A DNA stretch of 64,000 nt from assembly GCA_028534125.1 (NCBI GenBank), contig CM052817.1, positions 95,606,001-95,670,000 on the forward strand, written 5' to 3'. The notes under the pieces were generated by a model. The model was not told the origin of the DNA and did no database searches. It saw only the letters and a list, made by a program, of their open reading frames with translations. The number at the start of each line of letters is the position of its first letter. The stretch's first letter is position 1. Position numbers and translations under genes: made by a program. Below are positions 1 to 13,346 of the stretch, piece after piece. Source of the stretch: Lama glama. Taxonomy: Eukaryota.

Positions 1-1704
1 TAAAAAATGGGAATTAAAGGCAACGTACTGGGGACTGGGGGTCATTTACCCCCTCTCTAACACGCCAAATAAGAATCAAGGATGGGCACTGTCAGCGCTA
101 TTTACATCCAAGAAGGTGCCAAACCAAAGACTAGTTTCAGATACCAAGGAATCTATTCAATTAATGGCTAAATGCAGAATTAAGAATTTTTCTTCTATCT
201 TTTTCCTTCCACTTAAGTTCACTTTGCCATTACTTTAAATTTTTGAAAAGCAATCAGAGACATTTGTTCTTCAATGAGATTCACTCAAATGTGAAAAACA
301 TCATTACTTTTCCTTCCCTACTGTGATACATGCGGAATAGTACCAGACCACTCTGGGAAGGGTCTGGTTCCCCTTTTGTTTGATTTGTTTTTAGTACAGT
401 GGGTGGCAGCTTCAAAGGGCTCGTTCAGAAGTGATTCAGTCATCTCAATAAGATGGGAGTTTGGAGCCTCAAAGTGTTTGGCACAAACCAACCTGTTAAG
501 TCAAAACCCTAGCACCAAGTGTTTTAGTTCTTGGGTTTGTCATTGGGGAACTCAAAGGAGAGAAAATACTCTAGGTACCCTTACTGGTTAGCCCAGTAAT
601 GACCAAACTGCTAATTGTGACCTACTGGCAGATCACGAAATAAACTGGTCTCCACTAGCATTCAAAAAAAACCCAAAAAGGTGAAATAAAATAGGATACA
701 TTAGAAAAATCAGACATGGTACATGGTGAAGATTGTTTCATTTACCTATCTTTAGCAATCAATCAGCCTATCTCTATATATTTTGCATTGTCATTTAATA
801 TACACATATACATACACATATATAAACAGGTGGGAAATTTACTATGAGTTTTTGTTCAGAAATTTGAAAGCTACCAACTCAGTACATGGGTCCACCTACT
901 TTGTTATGATAAAGTATTTTCAGAGGGCAAGTCTATTAAAGCCAATACATAAAATAAACACAAATATCTTTTTCCTACTGCAGATTTTAAATTCTTTCTT
1001 TTAAATATCTTTAATCCCATCAACCTGAGCAATTTGAAACAAAAAAAATCGAGCCCAAGCTGGTTACCACCTTCAAGAGGGTAAGAAAATTACTTCTTCG
1101 CTAGCGGTGTGTCAGGATCACTCTAGTTCTTCAATTGCACAAATAAAGGCAGTCATGTTGGGATCCGGCTCTTTGCAAAGGGATTTAGACAGTGTCATGG
1201 ACATAATCTGAGAGGAGTTACTAGCATCATCTTGAGAATGTCAGCAGCACAATCTGACCTGTGAGACTTCTCTGCCCTCATTCCGAGCAGGGAGAAGTTT
1301 TTCCAGCTGATCAAAGGAATCCTTATGAATCAGTGTAGATGACTCCCCAAGACTCCAGGACCATAATAGAGTCAGCAATAGCACTTAGCTTGAGCCAGTA
1401 ATGATTTCCCAGAGGTCTAACTGCAGCTTTACCGCAGCTCCCCAATAAAATGAAAATGACTTAAATGCCTCAGTGTGCTAAGTGCACAAGAGCATCCTGG
1501 TTGGGTTATCTATGCATACCAAATACAAAAGGTCAAATGGACGCAGTTTTCCTCAAATTCATTTCTCTTTGTTATAACTTGTTCTAATATATGGTGTGCT
1601 ACCCTGAAGAGGGGCCACCATTGCCAGGGAACAGTGAGTCAACTAAGAACTTTTTTTTTAACTATGAAATCTCTTAAGTGGACGTTTCTATTCAAAATAG
1701 CAAA

Positions 1705-2081
1705 GCCCTTAAGTCAGATGGAGAAAGACAAATACTGTATGATCTCACGTATACGTGGAATCAAAAAATATAACAAACTAGTGAATATAACAAAAAAGAA
1801 GCAGACTCACAGATACAGAGAACAAATTAGTAGTTACCAGTGGGGAGAGAGAAGTGAGGAATGAATGGGGTGAGGGGATTAAGAGATACAAACTATTAAG
1901 TATAAAATAAGCTACAAGGGTACATTGTACAACATGGGGGAAACAGCCAGTATCTTACAATAGCTATAAATGGAATACAACCTTTACAAATTGTGAATTA
2001 CTATATTGTACACCTGTAACTTACATGATATTGTATAGCAACTATAATTCAATTAAAAAAAAGAATGTTAAAAAAAAAAGG
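1705..2081 (+). mobile_element. 5'-truncated L1 3' end with A-rich tail
   Basis: ORF2 C-terminal remnant (SQMEKDKYCMIS), L1 3'UTR and A tail; TSD aaaatagcaaa at 1694-1704 and 2082-2092; TTC/AAAA endonuclease-like site. Confidence 0.88.
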
Positions 2082-3589
2082 AAAATAGCAAAAACCGTTT
2101 AAGAGATTTTGACCAGTTTGTTCTCACACGTCAAAAAAAAAAAAAAAAAGAACACACACACACTCATGAGTGTAAATGGATGTAAAGAGATCACTTGTAA
2201 AGGTTTCTCTTGTCTGCACCATCAGCCCTTCCCCCAGTGAATTTTGAAGCTTGTATCATCCTGGAGGAAACTGTAATTCAGACTCACTCTCCAACCCTCT
2301 ATTAAGAAGTCAACCTCACAGCTTGCCAGCAAGGAGCGGACTGCTTGTTTTATCACCGAATCGTATTATCTCGTTCCCTGTCTCAGCAACCTGCCTCTGA
2401 ATGGGTTGGCTGAAAAATGGTTAACAGGTCTAGTCTAGAGAATCACCTTACTCTAGTCCGGTGGTTAAAAAGCACTTGAAACAAAAATGTAGACAAACAA
2501 TGTATTTACACAATGCAAGTCTCAAAAGATCTATGAAGAATCTCCATTTCCTTAAATATTATGGACAATAAAATATTGTTAAAAAGAGATTCCAATGTCT
2601 GAGGATTGTCAGAGATAGGTGGGAAGTGGTACATATTTAGCAGGAAGTTTCTGACGGCTTAGTACTTGCTAGTGTTTCTAAGAAATTCCTTATTAAGTGC
2701 TGTTCTCATGAACGAGAAAAGGCAAACCTCCGACTTCAAAAGATTCACATTATGTGCTCCCCAATAGGCGTTCTTCTGCTTGTCAGTAACGCATGTAGGC
2801 AACAAATATTTAAGAATTCTGTTGTAAATAACAGACGTTATTGTCTTAGACGATATAACGTGGTGTAACGTTTGTGAAGCGCCATCATTAGTGGCTTTAG
2901 GACCGTATATCACCCCTTCAATGGCACGCTTTGTAAACATCTGTTGGAGTAATTTGTAGTTTTATCGGCGAATTCGTAGTTCCCTGACAGAGCTCTTTAC
3001 AAATAATAATGAAGCAATTCCAGTGTGAAGCTAAATTCCCCTTTCTTACAAAGGCATTCTCTTTTTGACAATGAATTCTAAATAATGGATTTGTCTTGCC
3101 ATTTTTTTAAAATTCTGATTTGAAATTTTGTAGCTTTTCAAGCTTTTTTATTATGAGGGTGACTTTTGTAGACTTTTTTCCATAAATATTCAGTTCACTG
3201 TCTAGATCGTCATTTTCAACTGATTGAGAAGAAACCGAAAGTTTAACTAAACACAGTAACATAAAAATATCATCCCTCTCTCATAACTTATAGTCAGAAA
3301 AATCAAATGAGATAAATATCGGGCAACACTCACCACCAATAAATTGTTACATTATTCAATGTATTGTTATTGGAATTATTAAAGGGGTATGTACAGATTC
3401 CATCCACTATAAAAAGAATACCCAGTAAATTAAATTAACTTTCTCTGCCTCTCTTATCTTTGTTCAAGTCCTCTTTGTTTCCATTAAGCTTTTCAGAGGA
3501 CTTTATTAGGGCTTTAAAGATTAAACAAGAAAAAGTCAGATTAACTTTTTTAAATGGAAGGGAGATTCTGTTATTTCTCTGCTCAAAAC

Positions 3590-4160
3590 ATTCCAGTGGT
3601 TCCTGGGATACTTGTAGTGAAGCCCAAATCCTGGCTTATTCACCAGCAGGCTCTACCAGCTTTTCTCTTTCCCTCCCCTCCAGCCAGCCTCTCTTCTGCC
3701 ATCACCTCCCCAAGCCAGCTCATCCCCACCCTGGGCCTTGTAGTACCGGCTTCCTCCACCGAGAGCACTCGCCCCCAGAGTCAGGACGCGACCTCCCAGG
3801 ACTTGCTCCAGGTATCCGCCTGAACTGTACCTTCTCAGGGAGAGCTTTCTCTGACCATCCTACTAGGATGGCTCCTTTCCAAACCCCCTTTTCTGGCTTA
3901 GTTTTTTCATGATGTTATTAAATATATATACAAATAAAACTATACGTTACGTATAAAAATATATACTTTTAGAATGTTATTACATATGTGTGTATATCAC
4001 ATACACACTGTCTAATCATTTGTGTATCATCTGCCCCTCTTCCTCCCTTGTATGTAAACCCCATAAGGTCAGGGACTTTGTTCTGTTCACTGTTCTTCCC
4101 TAGACCTAAAAAGTACTCATCATACAACAGCAGCTCCCTAAGTATTTGTTGAATGAAGAA
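3590..4160 (+). mobile_element. L2 3' fragment (ancient)
   Basis: tgtaaaccccataaggtcagggactttgttctgttcactg...gtatttgttgaatgaa resembles the L2 3' terminus; boundaries approximate. Confidence 0.65.
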
Positions 4161-4213
4161 ATGGACTTTCTTTTTACCCAGGGGTACCTACACCTCATAA
4201 TAGTGTCTCATAC

Positions 4214-4854
4214 TGTTAGCGCAGGCAGATAGCTAGATATGAGCAGAGAACAGAGGACACAGACCAAATGGTAGACATTGGGCAAAAAGGAGAGACACAG
4301 GCCAAATGCAGGAAACCATACATGATGTGAGCACCAAGGGCCCCTGGGCAGAGGAAGAAAACAGGAACCTCTGGGCTGATAAGTGGTCACACCTTATGGG
4401 TGATGAGCGGTCTGGAGGCCCACAAAGGTCAGAAAAGGCAGGAATCTCCAGTGTCCTTTTGCTCATTGTGCCCTCATTACAATAAAATTAGCCTTGCTGA
4501 TTAGAAGTACCCATCATGCAGTGACACTATGACACTTCGGATCCAGACTAAATAAGGACAAAAATCCCTCCTCCCTTCAGGAAGGTGGAGTTGGGATGGA
4601 AATCAGGGAACATGACCCCAAGCCCTTCCCGCCCCAATGAATATTCTGCCCATTCATTTTTACACCCTACGTAACCAACTTGCCAAAAAAACTCAGGGCT
4701 GCTGCTCACCTGAGCCTGCCCACTCTCCCCTGAGAGTGTACTATCCCTCCCTTAATAAATCCTCACTTTACTTTCTTAATCTCCACATCTTGTCTCTGAA
4801 TTCTTTCTGGGACGGAGCAAGAACCTGGAACACCGGTTTCATCTACCGGCAACA
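4214..4854 (+). mobile_element. Solo LTR, ERV1-like, 641 bp
   Basis: TGTT...AACA inverted termini; AATAAA at 4754-4759 followed by a T/C-rich U5-like segment; flanks atac/aaac fit a 4-bp TSD with one mismatch. Confidence 0.8.
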
Positions 4855-7800
4855 AAACTGCTCATCAAATACTTAATGCTATTCAGATTCTTTTATATTT
4901 AATCCCCATTTCACGACATCTCAGTATCCTCTGACGCTGATGGAGAAGAATGAAGGTAATTTAAGGGGCAAGTCAGTGAATCTGTTGGTAGCCACTAAGA
5001 TCATTTTTCTCATTGACTTCTTCTGTTAGGAAACTAAATAGATGCAACAAAAATGTGAACGCTCATTACACCTCTTGATAAAGCTACTGAAAATATTCAG
5101 CAGCAGCGATGATATTATTAATCATACCTAGGTGAATGATATTTATGAGACCAACAGTGCAACGCAACAGTACAAAGCGCTGTTCCATTAAACACTATTC
5201 TCAACAGCACAGTTAAATAAGATGGTGCGCACTTCTCTCCAATAGCGGGTGCTCCAATATACATTTAATTCATGAATCTCCTTTGTAAGATTAAAAATAA
5301 GGAACCATCCTTAAACTTCAGCTGCTCCTCAAGTGAGCTTAGTAAGTTGTCAAACTGAAATAACGTACTTAAAAGACCATGGCATATGTATATTTCATAT
5401 GAGTATTTCTCAGCTCTTTGTTAATAACTTCCAGGATACCTAACTTCCAGGATACGACTCTGCTAATATCTGTTCACTGTAACACAAGATGTTTGGGAGC
5501 CTTGGACAAAGACCCATCTTGTGTGTGACCATGAGAATTACTACAGTGCAACTCAAAGCATCACGAATCTTATCTTTCTCCCTTAACACCTTTACTCCCT
5601 CTAATAAATTTGATTTTTTCCTTCATAAGTGTTCCATGCTCATTATAGAAAACTAGAAGAACAAAGACAAGTGAGAAAAAAAATCCAAGAACCATAACCA
5701 CACTCCCCATCACCACCCAAAGACGACTGCTATGAACATTTTGGTGAACTTTCATTTTATTTCTTTTTCATGTCCAAATGCCTTAAAAAAATTAATGACT
5801 ATGAAAGGCTTGTAATCCAAGGCAAGTCTTAGCATGACACCAGTGATGGTATTTTTAAAATACCACATTTTCGAGTGATAAAAGTAACAGTTGGGAGATA
5901 GACCGGAGTGCTTTAAAAATTAACATTTTTCATAAAAATGAAAAACAATTTGGCCAAAAATAGCGTCAAAAAGAATTTTCACATACCGAAAGCATGCCTA
6001 CATGTTAAAAGCATTTGCAAGAGTACGCATTTTTTTTCCCCCTGAGTAAAATTTTCCCCTGCTTTGCTTTTGGCAAGTACCTACACAGTACATACAAAAT
6101 TAGTGAGCAAAAAAAGTAATTTGTATGAGTCATCTCGTCTTTAAGACAAAATGGTTACCTAAAATCCGTAATTTATTCCTGCCTCCACACTCTGGCAAAG
6201 ACTGGCAGCTAGAGCTTGGACTTTGTTCTTTATAATAAGTCATTCTCCTCTGGGCTACCTGATTCTCCATCCTGTTTCCCATTCCTATAAGACAGCTGAC
6301 TTCCCTGATAACCTCACCACTGCCGTTCCTGGGACCCACCCATTTCTGAGTCTTTCAATTGAACGTCCCTGAACCTAATTCCATTCAAGTTGAAAGAAAA
6401 GCAACTGATCTGAGTGACTCATTCCTGGATACTTACAGCAGAGAAACTAGATTCCGCAGATGGATGAGTCATTTTGACTGGAAAGCCCTGGATAGAAGGA
6501 AGGTACCCAAGGGTGCACGTAAGCGCATGTAACAGAAGATGAGGAAATCGTGAAAGCAGCAGGTGCCAATGAGTGCAAGATATGAGAACAGCATCCCTTA
6601 ATCTGAAGTATTTTGATATGTTAAGATAGGTTTCACTTTCCAAACATCCCTTATAAGATTTTTTTCCCCAAAATTTTCATCTCTTCCAGCTGAGAATATC
6701 TCCATTCATTTTTGTAGGTCTGCCATTTTTTCTATGGACACACATAAGTTCTGCTGAAGTTGGTCTCCTTGTCCAAAGCTCCAGGCATATCCTCATGAGA
6801 AAAACTTCTAGAGAGATCTGGTGTCAAGCATTCATTATCAGAACATACGAGATAGTTTTACCTTTGTTCCAATGATGTTTCTGATTATAAAAGTAATGCA
6901 TGCTTACTGTAAAAATTGAAGTCCATAAAATATAAGTGAAAGTCACTTGAAATCTTAATAACACTGAGTTAACATTTCTACATCAGTCCTCCCTGATTTT
7001 CCCCCAGTAATGCAAGCATTTTTACAAACCAGGGGGTCTTACCGCTCATGAGGATTTACAACCTGATTTACATTCTCATGAACTGTGTGAAACACTCATT
7101 TAACGCTGGCATCTCGCTGGGAGGACTCACCAAAGGAAGATGGCTAAGCATCATTGCTTTATCAATACTTTCAGTAGTTCACTCAGTTTAGAGATTGTTC
7201 ATTAGCACTCCAAATCATCATATGAGTAAATGACAGATTCCAAAAAAAGGTGATTTGAACACACAGGTATCTAAAAAATTATAAAAGTAATGTAAATTAA
7301 TTAACAAAAACAGAACAAAGGATATGAACTGAAGAATGAAAGAACACCCCTCTCTTAACTACCCCTCTCCTCCCAGTTCCAGCCCTTTTCACTCCTCATG
7401 GGAGTCACTGTTCAGAGTCTATTTGTGGAGTTTATCTGTGGAGAAGTTATCTATGCACACACAAGCATACTATGTGTATAGAAAACGCACCACCTCTTTT
7501 TTAAAAAATATAAATGGGATCATGTCACCTATGTTGTGAGTAGCCAGTTTTTTGTTGTTTAAATCTAATGATGTATCTTAAGACATCTTTTCACACAGAT
7601 CCCCAAAGATCTCCTTCACCTTTTTTTAACCGCTCTGGCATTTTCCATCAAATGTCCTACGGTTCATTTCACCAGTTTCCTACCTTATGGACATTTAATT
7701 TGTTTTCAGATATTTATGCTGAAAGCATACCCTTGTCCCTCTAGACCTTAGTGTTACTTGCTCAAGTCTATTTGGAGACTGACTTCTCAGAATGGCGCAT

Positions 7801-8949
7801 CAGGGTCCAAGTTCACAAAATAACAGGGAGTGCTGTAATTCTCTGTAACTTAGAGAACTCATTTCTTATTTATGTGATTAGTAGAGTATTTAAGTCTTGC
7901 CTCCTGTAAGCCCCATGATGGCTCACAACAGAAAAAGAGAAGGAAACAGTGGGGGTGAGACAGAGTGCGGCAACACTGGAGAAAGCAGGCAGCTGAGGGA
8001 GGAAACGGCTGTGCGCCAGCGGGCACATCCAGCTCAGCTGCTCCGTGCAGAGGTGGGGAGAAACGTGGGGGACTCGGGAGGTGTGCAGCCTGACAGCTGT
8101 AGAAAATTGTTTCTCTCCTCAGGCGTAAGAAACAATTGAGGAAGTGTCAGAAAATCTGTGGGATGATTCCCAAGCAAGAGGAGAAAGCCAGGTATCACTG
8201 TTCAGTATCTTGCAAGAAGAAAAAGGTATGTCCCTTTCACGGGCTGCCCAAATTCCACAGAGCTTCAGGCCTGAATTCAAATCTGCCTCACACAGAGTTT
8301 CCCATTAGTACTGATGAGAGATTCCGATGTCAACTTTTGCCCTATTTGGATCAAAATATAACAAATGTCTCTCAATAAAATAATTTACATGAAAAGAGGA
8401 GCTCACTGGATAAAGCGGTTGGCTCACGGATGGGAAAACAATTCTATTTGAAACAATCCCAAGCTTTTCAATATGAGACTAGTAACAGGGAATTTCATGT
8501 CTGGGAAGTTTTATTGCTACACGCAAAAATCAGTTATTGGAGTTTCCCGGGAACCCAAGTGTTAGCCTTCGTCAAACCATCTAGTCTTCTTGGTCTTCCA
8601 TCTTCCACTCTCTGCCCTCAGAAAAGCTGCTCTAGAGTTTCTTTAGTGGCAGTTAGATCTCTATCTAAGGTGGAAAGAGAGAACACAATAGCCCTGCAAT
8701 TTTTCTCCTGTTGAGCTTAACCATTTAATTCTAAGTAGAGGGTTATGTCCCGGCAGTCACTCACATCAGCTAGACAGAACAACTATTTTTGAAAAAAGCT
8801 TTCTCACACACTTTATTTATAAAGGGATTCATTTTAATCTACAATCAAGAACCGCTCTGTGTCACAATCAAAGTTTCATCAGATCTCTCTTGAGAGCATG
8901 TAACACTGGTTTGACAAACCACGTAGCTTTTCAACAATATACTTTCATC

Positions 8950-9450
8950 CAAGATTGATGAGCAGCTACACTTGGTGCCAGCTTCTGGGAGATACAATGG
9001 TCAAAGAGTCAGCTGATGCCCACCAAGGAGCTTACTGCTAAGGGAGAAGGTGGATGCTTAAACAGGACATTCTAAATATCCAAGGAGATCAAAGGAAGTG
9101 ACATCTAGTCCAGTTTGGGAGTGGAAGGGAATGATTTCCAAAGAATGCAGAGACTTAAAAAAAAAAAAAAAGCCGACTGGGAAGACTTCAGGTGCCAGCA
9201 GTCAGAATGAGACTTTATCCCGAGGAAAATAGGAAGCTGGCAGGACAGAGAAGGAGATGATCAGATCTGCCTTCTAGAAAGAAAGTGGTTCCAGGATAGA
9301 AAGAAGGGGCTGGCAGGGGTGACGCTGGAGACAGAAGACCAGCCAGAGACCACGGTTGTCACCCAGAGGCCCACTGATGGAGACTGAATAAGGATATTGG
9401 CAGTTGGGATGAAAAGGATAAAATGCATCTGGAAGAGATGCAAGAGGGAG
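8950..9450 (-). mobile_element. Degraded L2-like fragment
   Basis: tgagcagctacacttggtgccag...ggagatacaatgg...caaggagcttac resembles the reverse complement of the L2 3' end; approximate. Confidence 0.45.
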
Positions 9451-9517
9451 AATCAGTGTAGGAATGCACGGGAACTGGGTGCAAGTGGAGGGTGAGGAAG
9501 AAATAACAGCAAAGAAG

Positions 9518-9977
9518 ATGCAGCCAATACTGTCCTTCCCGCCTCCCCTCTTCACCATTAGCTTGCCTCCATGACTTCAGTGCCTGCCTTCCCACTGCCA
9601 GCAACTGCACACATTTGCCAAGGGCTCTCTTTGGCCACAGGAGCCCGCTTTGCCCACCTGGTTGGTAAGACTAGGGTGCTGGGGAATTGACTGTCCCGGG
9701 AGCAGCTAGCACTCCAGTGCTCTCACCGCGGTGGGCAGAGAACCCTGAGATGTGTGTCCTCCATTGCTTCTCAAAGCTCCCCAGTGACACTGCTCTCCAT
9801 TTGTCCAGTAGGCAACCTGTTTGATAAGGAACGCTTTATTGGCTGCCTTCCTTTCCTCAGTTCGCTTCCCCGTCCCTCTCCCAGTGTTTCCTGATCTCAC
9901 TTCCTAAGGAAAAAAAAAAAGACTCGCACAAATCTTTGTCTCGGGATTGACTTCTGGAGGAACCCAAATAAAAGGCA
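9518..9977 (+). mobile_element. Ancient ERVL-type LTR (LTR16-like)
   Basis: 3' end tttgtctcgggattgacttctggagggaacccaaa resembles LTR16-group termini. Confidence 0.55.
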
Positions 9978-12742
9978 TCCAGCCTGACGGTCTGTGCCAC
10001 GATGGTGCCGCTATTCACTAAGCTCGGAAAAAAAAGGTAGAGAAGAGGGTTCTCATCAGTTTTAATTATTTGGGGAGAAGTCTGGAGACAGTGGGAGGTG
10101 GGGGAAATGAGACATTTAGTTTGGGACCTGTTGACTTTAGAGAACTGGACAGACCCCTGTGTGGGGCATCTCAACCGAACTCCAGCGGAGGATGCGGGGA
10201 ACCCAGGATCTCATGAAGCAAATGCAAAGCCTGCCCGTCCTTTCTGGATGGCAAGCTGAGAACAGAAATGATAAGTACTTTGCTAAAGGAAACACACTGC
10301 ATGGGGGGGAACAGCCTCTGACTGACTGTCGTTCCAACAACTACATTGAAAAAGGGCCGCGGTGTGACGAGGGGTGGGGTGTCTCTCTCGCCACGCAGAG
10401 GTCCCCATTTGGCCTACATATGGGAATACGGAATGGATCTGAAAGGGAGATGTTCTAGTTTGCAAGCAGGATGTCTTTTCTTTTTTTCCACCCTGGTGAC
10501 CAGAGGGCAGCTGCTGCCCTGAAAAGGAATGAGCACAAAGAAGAAATTGCATGAAATGAGAATATGTATTTTTGATAGCAAAGGCATGGAGGAATGCATT
10601 GTATATAGAGAAAAGGCCTTGTAGATGGAATTAGCCAGGCCCAGAATGAACCCAGGGTCACCACGTGGCAATGTGTCAACAAATACTCTCCATCGCCCAT
10701 GACACAGACTCAAGAATTTGAACTTTTATAGCACTATTCATTTTCCAGGCATCTCAGTAGTCTTTGCAAAAGTAAAAACAATACCATGGGCGTGGCGGAG
10801 GCCTTATAAAGGGCGTGCAGAAAATTTTACACTCTGCCGACAGGAAGATGCCCGGCTGGGGCCAAAGCAGCTGCGGCCCCAGGAGGGGTAACCTGCACCT
10901 GAGAAGCCGAGTCCTCAGTCCGGGTTTTTAAAGGGGCTTTTGGATGGTATCATTTCCCGCCAAGCACAAACATGAAAGCGTTGATGACTATCTTCAGTAC
11001 CAAGTGACTCAACCCTGGGGCCATCTGGGCAGAGACAAAGGGGCTTGGCCAAACAGCTACAGTTTTTTTTCCCCCTCCGTCTTTGTGGCTTTCCATAGAT
11101 AGCTCAGGTGAGGCACCTAAACTGGGTAGAAATTTCTCCTTTTGGAGAATTTAAAACAGCATGCCTGCCACTTTGGTGTGTGAGCCCACAGCCGCTGGTC
11201 TGCAGAGACCTGATCAGTTATATATTTGAGAAGGACTAGTCTGGACACAAAGCTGGCAGGGCTTAAAGCAAGACCTTTCCCTGCAAAGAATTTTTAATGG
11301 AGTCAACAGCTCCCCTTTGGAAGCTACCTACCTGCTAAGACCAAACGAGGCTGGTGAAGGACCAATGGGGCTAGTTGAGAACACATCATTTTTAGCTTCA
11401 AATAACATTATCTGGATCAGGAAGAAAAGAATAATGAAAACTTCTCCCTCTCGTAAATGGCTGGACAGACGACACAGCTCATCTACTGCAAGTTCATCAG
11501 AGAAATGCTACAAGCCATGCAGAAGAGTCTCCCAATTTGAAACACAACAGGAACCAGATAGCTCCACCGACATGTCATTCAGTTCAGGGCAGTATGTTTG
11601 CACTACAAATGGAAGTGTTCCTATAAATTAAAAGTTGTCTGATGGAAAGACTGCCATCATCATCATGACTTTCATAGTCTCTAAAGCGAAGGGGCACTCG
11701 TATTGATGGCCTGGAGGTGGCCACGTGGCATCTGGACCCATCCATTTGGGAATAAGCCAATTAGCCCTAATGGATACAGAAACATTGTCATTAAGTACAC
11801 AGCTTGATGAACTGTCACAAAACTACCCATGTGTGTAACTCAGCCAGCAGCCAGATCAAGAAACATACCATCCCTGCTTCCCAGAAGCCCTTTTTGTGCC
11901 CCCTCCCCAGTCCCTGCCACTCCCAATGCTGAGTCCTTGAAAAATTATGTTTGAAGACTTGTGCCTTCCCCAACTTTTAGTGGGGTGGTAGAATTTCTAG
12001 TAGGCTAGACTGATTTCCCCCCGTACCAGCACATAGTTTTGGCTCCACAAAGAAGATAGTCACTTGAGCTGAAATTACAATAACATTTCAGGTAGCAGAG
12101 CTTTTGAAAAAGAGGGAAGGTGGAAGAAGCCTGAAGATTCTCTGTTCTCTTTCTACTGGAAACTGGGCTAGGACTAAACCTGCATTCTACTGAGTCTCAG
12201 TCGAGAACTTTTTCTTTTGCACTGCTGACCAGACCTCTCACTTCAGCGTTACATGTTTTATTTAACCAGGAGGATTTTACCCAGTTCCGTGAAACTATTT
12301 CTCTAGCTCAGACAATCCATTAAAAATTGTTGAAAAGAAACATTAACTGTCTCTTTAACTTTTCCAACTGAAAGAAACATTCCAAGTGACTATGATTTAC
12401 CAGATAGCAAAATATGAGAGGAAGAAAGAAAAGGATTGGAAGAGGACACAATTAGAATTATAGTAATAACCAGTCCACCCCTGTCCTGTAACTGCTTTGA
12501 AATACCTTATTTAGAGGACTGTTTTTTATTCCTAACTATACGAGGGTAATCCACCAGTAGTATTTCAAATGCCAACGAGGGGTACACTGGAGAGATGTGC
12601 TCCTTTGCTCACTATTGGGGACACATCATCCGACTTCAGAGGCAGCGTAATGGGGTAGAAAGAGCTAAAATGCACTGTGCAGCTCCACGTTTGAATTCCC
12701 GGGCTGCCACCCACCAACTGGATGATTTTAAACAAATTATTA

Positions 12743-13035
12743 CAGGCATATCTCGCCTTATTGTACTTCGCAGATACTGCATTTTTTAAATACAAATCGA
12801 AGGTTTGTGGCAATCATGTGCTGTCAGATGATGTGTACTTTTAAGCAGTAAAGTATTTTTAAATTAAGGTATGTACTTTTTTTTTTAGACATAATGCTGT
12901 TGCACACTGAACAGACTACAGTATAGTGTAAACATAACTTTTATATGCACCGAGAAACCAAAAAGTTTGTGTGACTCGCTTTATGGTGATACTCACTTTA
13001 TTGTGGTGGTCTGGGATATCTCTGAGATCTGCCTG
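12743..13035 (+). mobile_element. Non-autonomous Tigger1 derivative (Tigger1a-like MITE), 293 bp
   Basis: TIRs CAGGCATATCTC / GAGATCTGCCTG (one mismatch); TA on both sides; internal Tigger1-end sequence (ttcgcagatactgcattttt...gaaggtttgtggcaa; gactacagtatagtgtaaacataactttt). Confidence 0.9.
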
Positions 13036-13045
13036 TAAATCTCTC

Positions 13046-13346
13046 CACAAAAGATGCAGACTTCCAGTTATGAGATAAATAAGTTCTGGGGGATGTAATG
13101 TACAGTATGGTGACTACAGTTAACAAAACTGTATTGCATATTTTAAAGTTGCCAAGAGAGTAGACCTTAAAGGTTCTCAGTCACAAGAAACAAACGTTTG
13201 TAACTGTGTGAGGTGATGGATGTTAACTAGATTTACTGTGGTAATCACTTCCATATATTCATGTATGTCTCAAATCATTAGGCTGTACATTTGAAACTAA
13301 TACAATGCTGTATGTCAATTATGTCTCAGTAAAACTAGAAAAAAGG
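13046..13346 (+). mobile_element. L1 3' end (L1MA9-like)
   Basis: ccagttatgagataaataagttctggggg...gtatgtcaattatgtctcagtaaaactagaaaaaa; TSD tattaaatctctc. Confidence 0.85.

Noticed and set aside
1475..1864. 129-aa ORF, and similarly ORFs 39866..40087 and 54366..54695
   Set aside because: The recognisable parts are L1 ORF2 C-terminal remnants inside truncated retrotransposons, not genes.
5425..5455. Short tandem duplications (taacttccaggatac x2; also about 25226-25248 and 62140-62166)
   Set aside because: Two-copy slippage duplications; no spacer-separated array, so not CRISPR-like.
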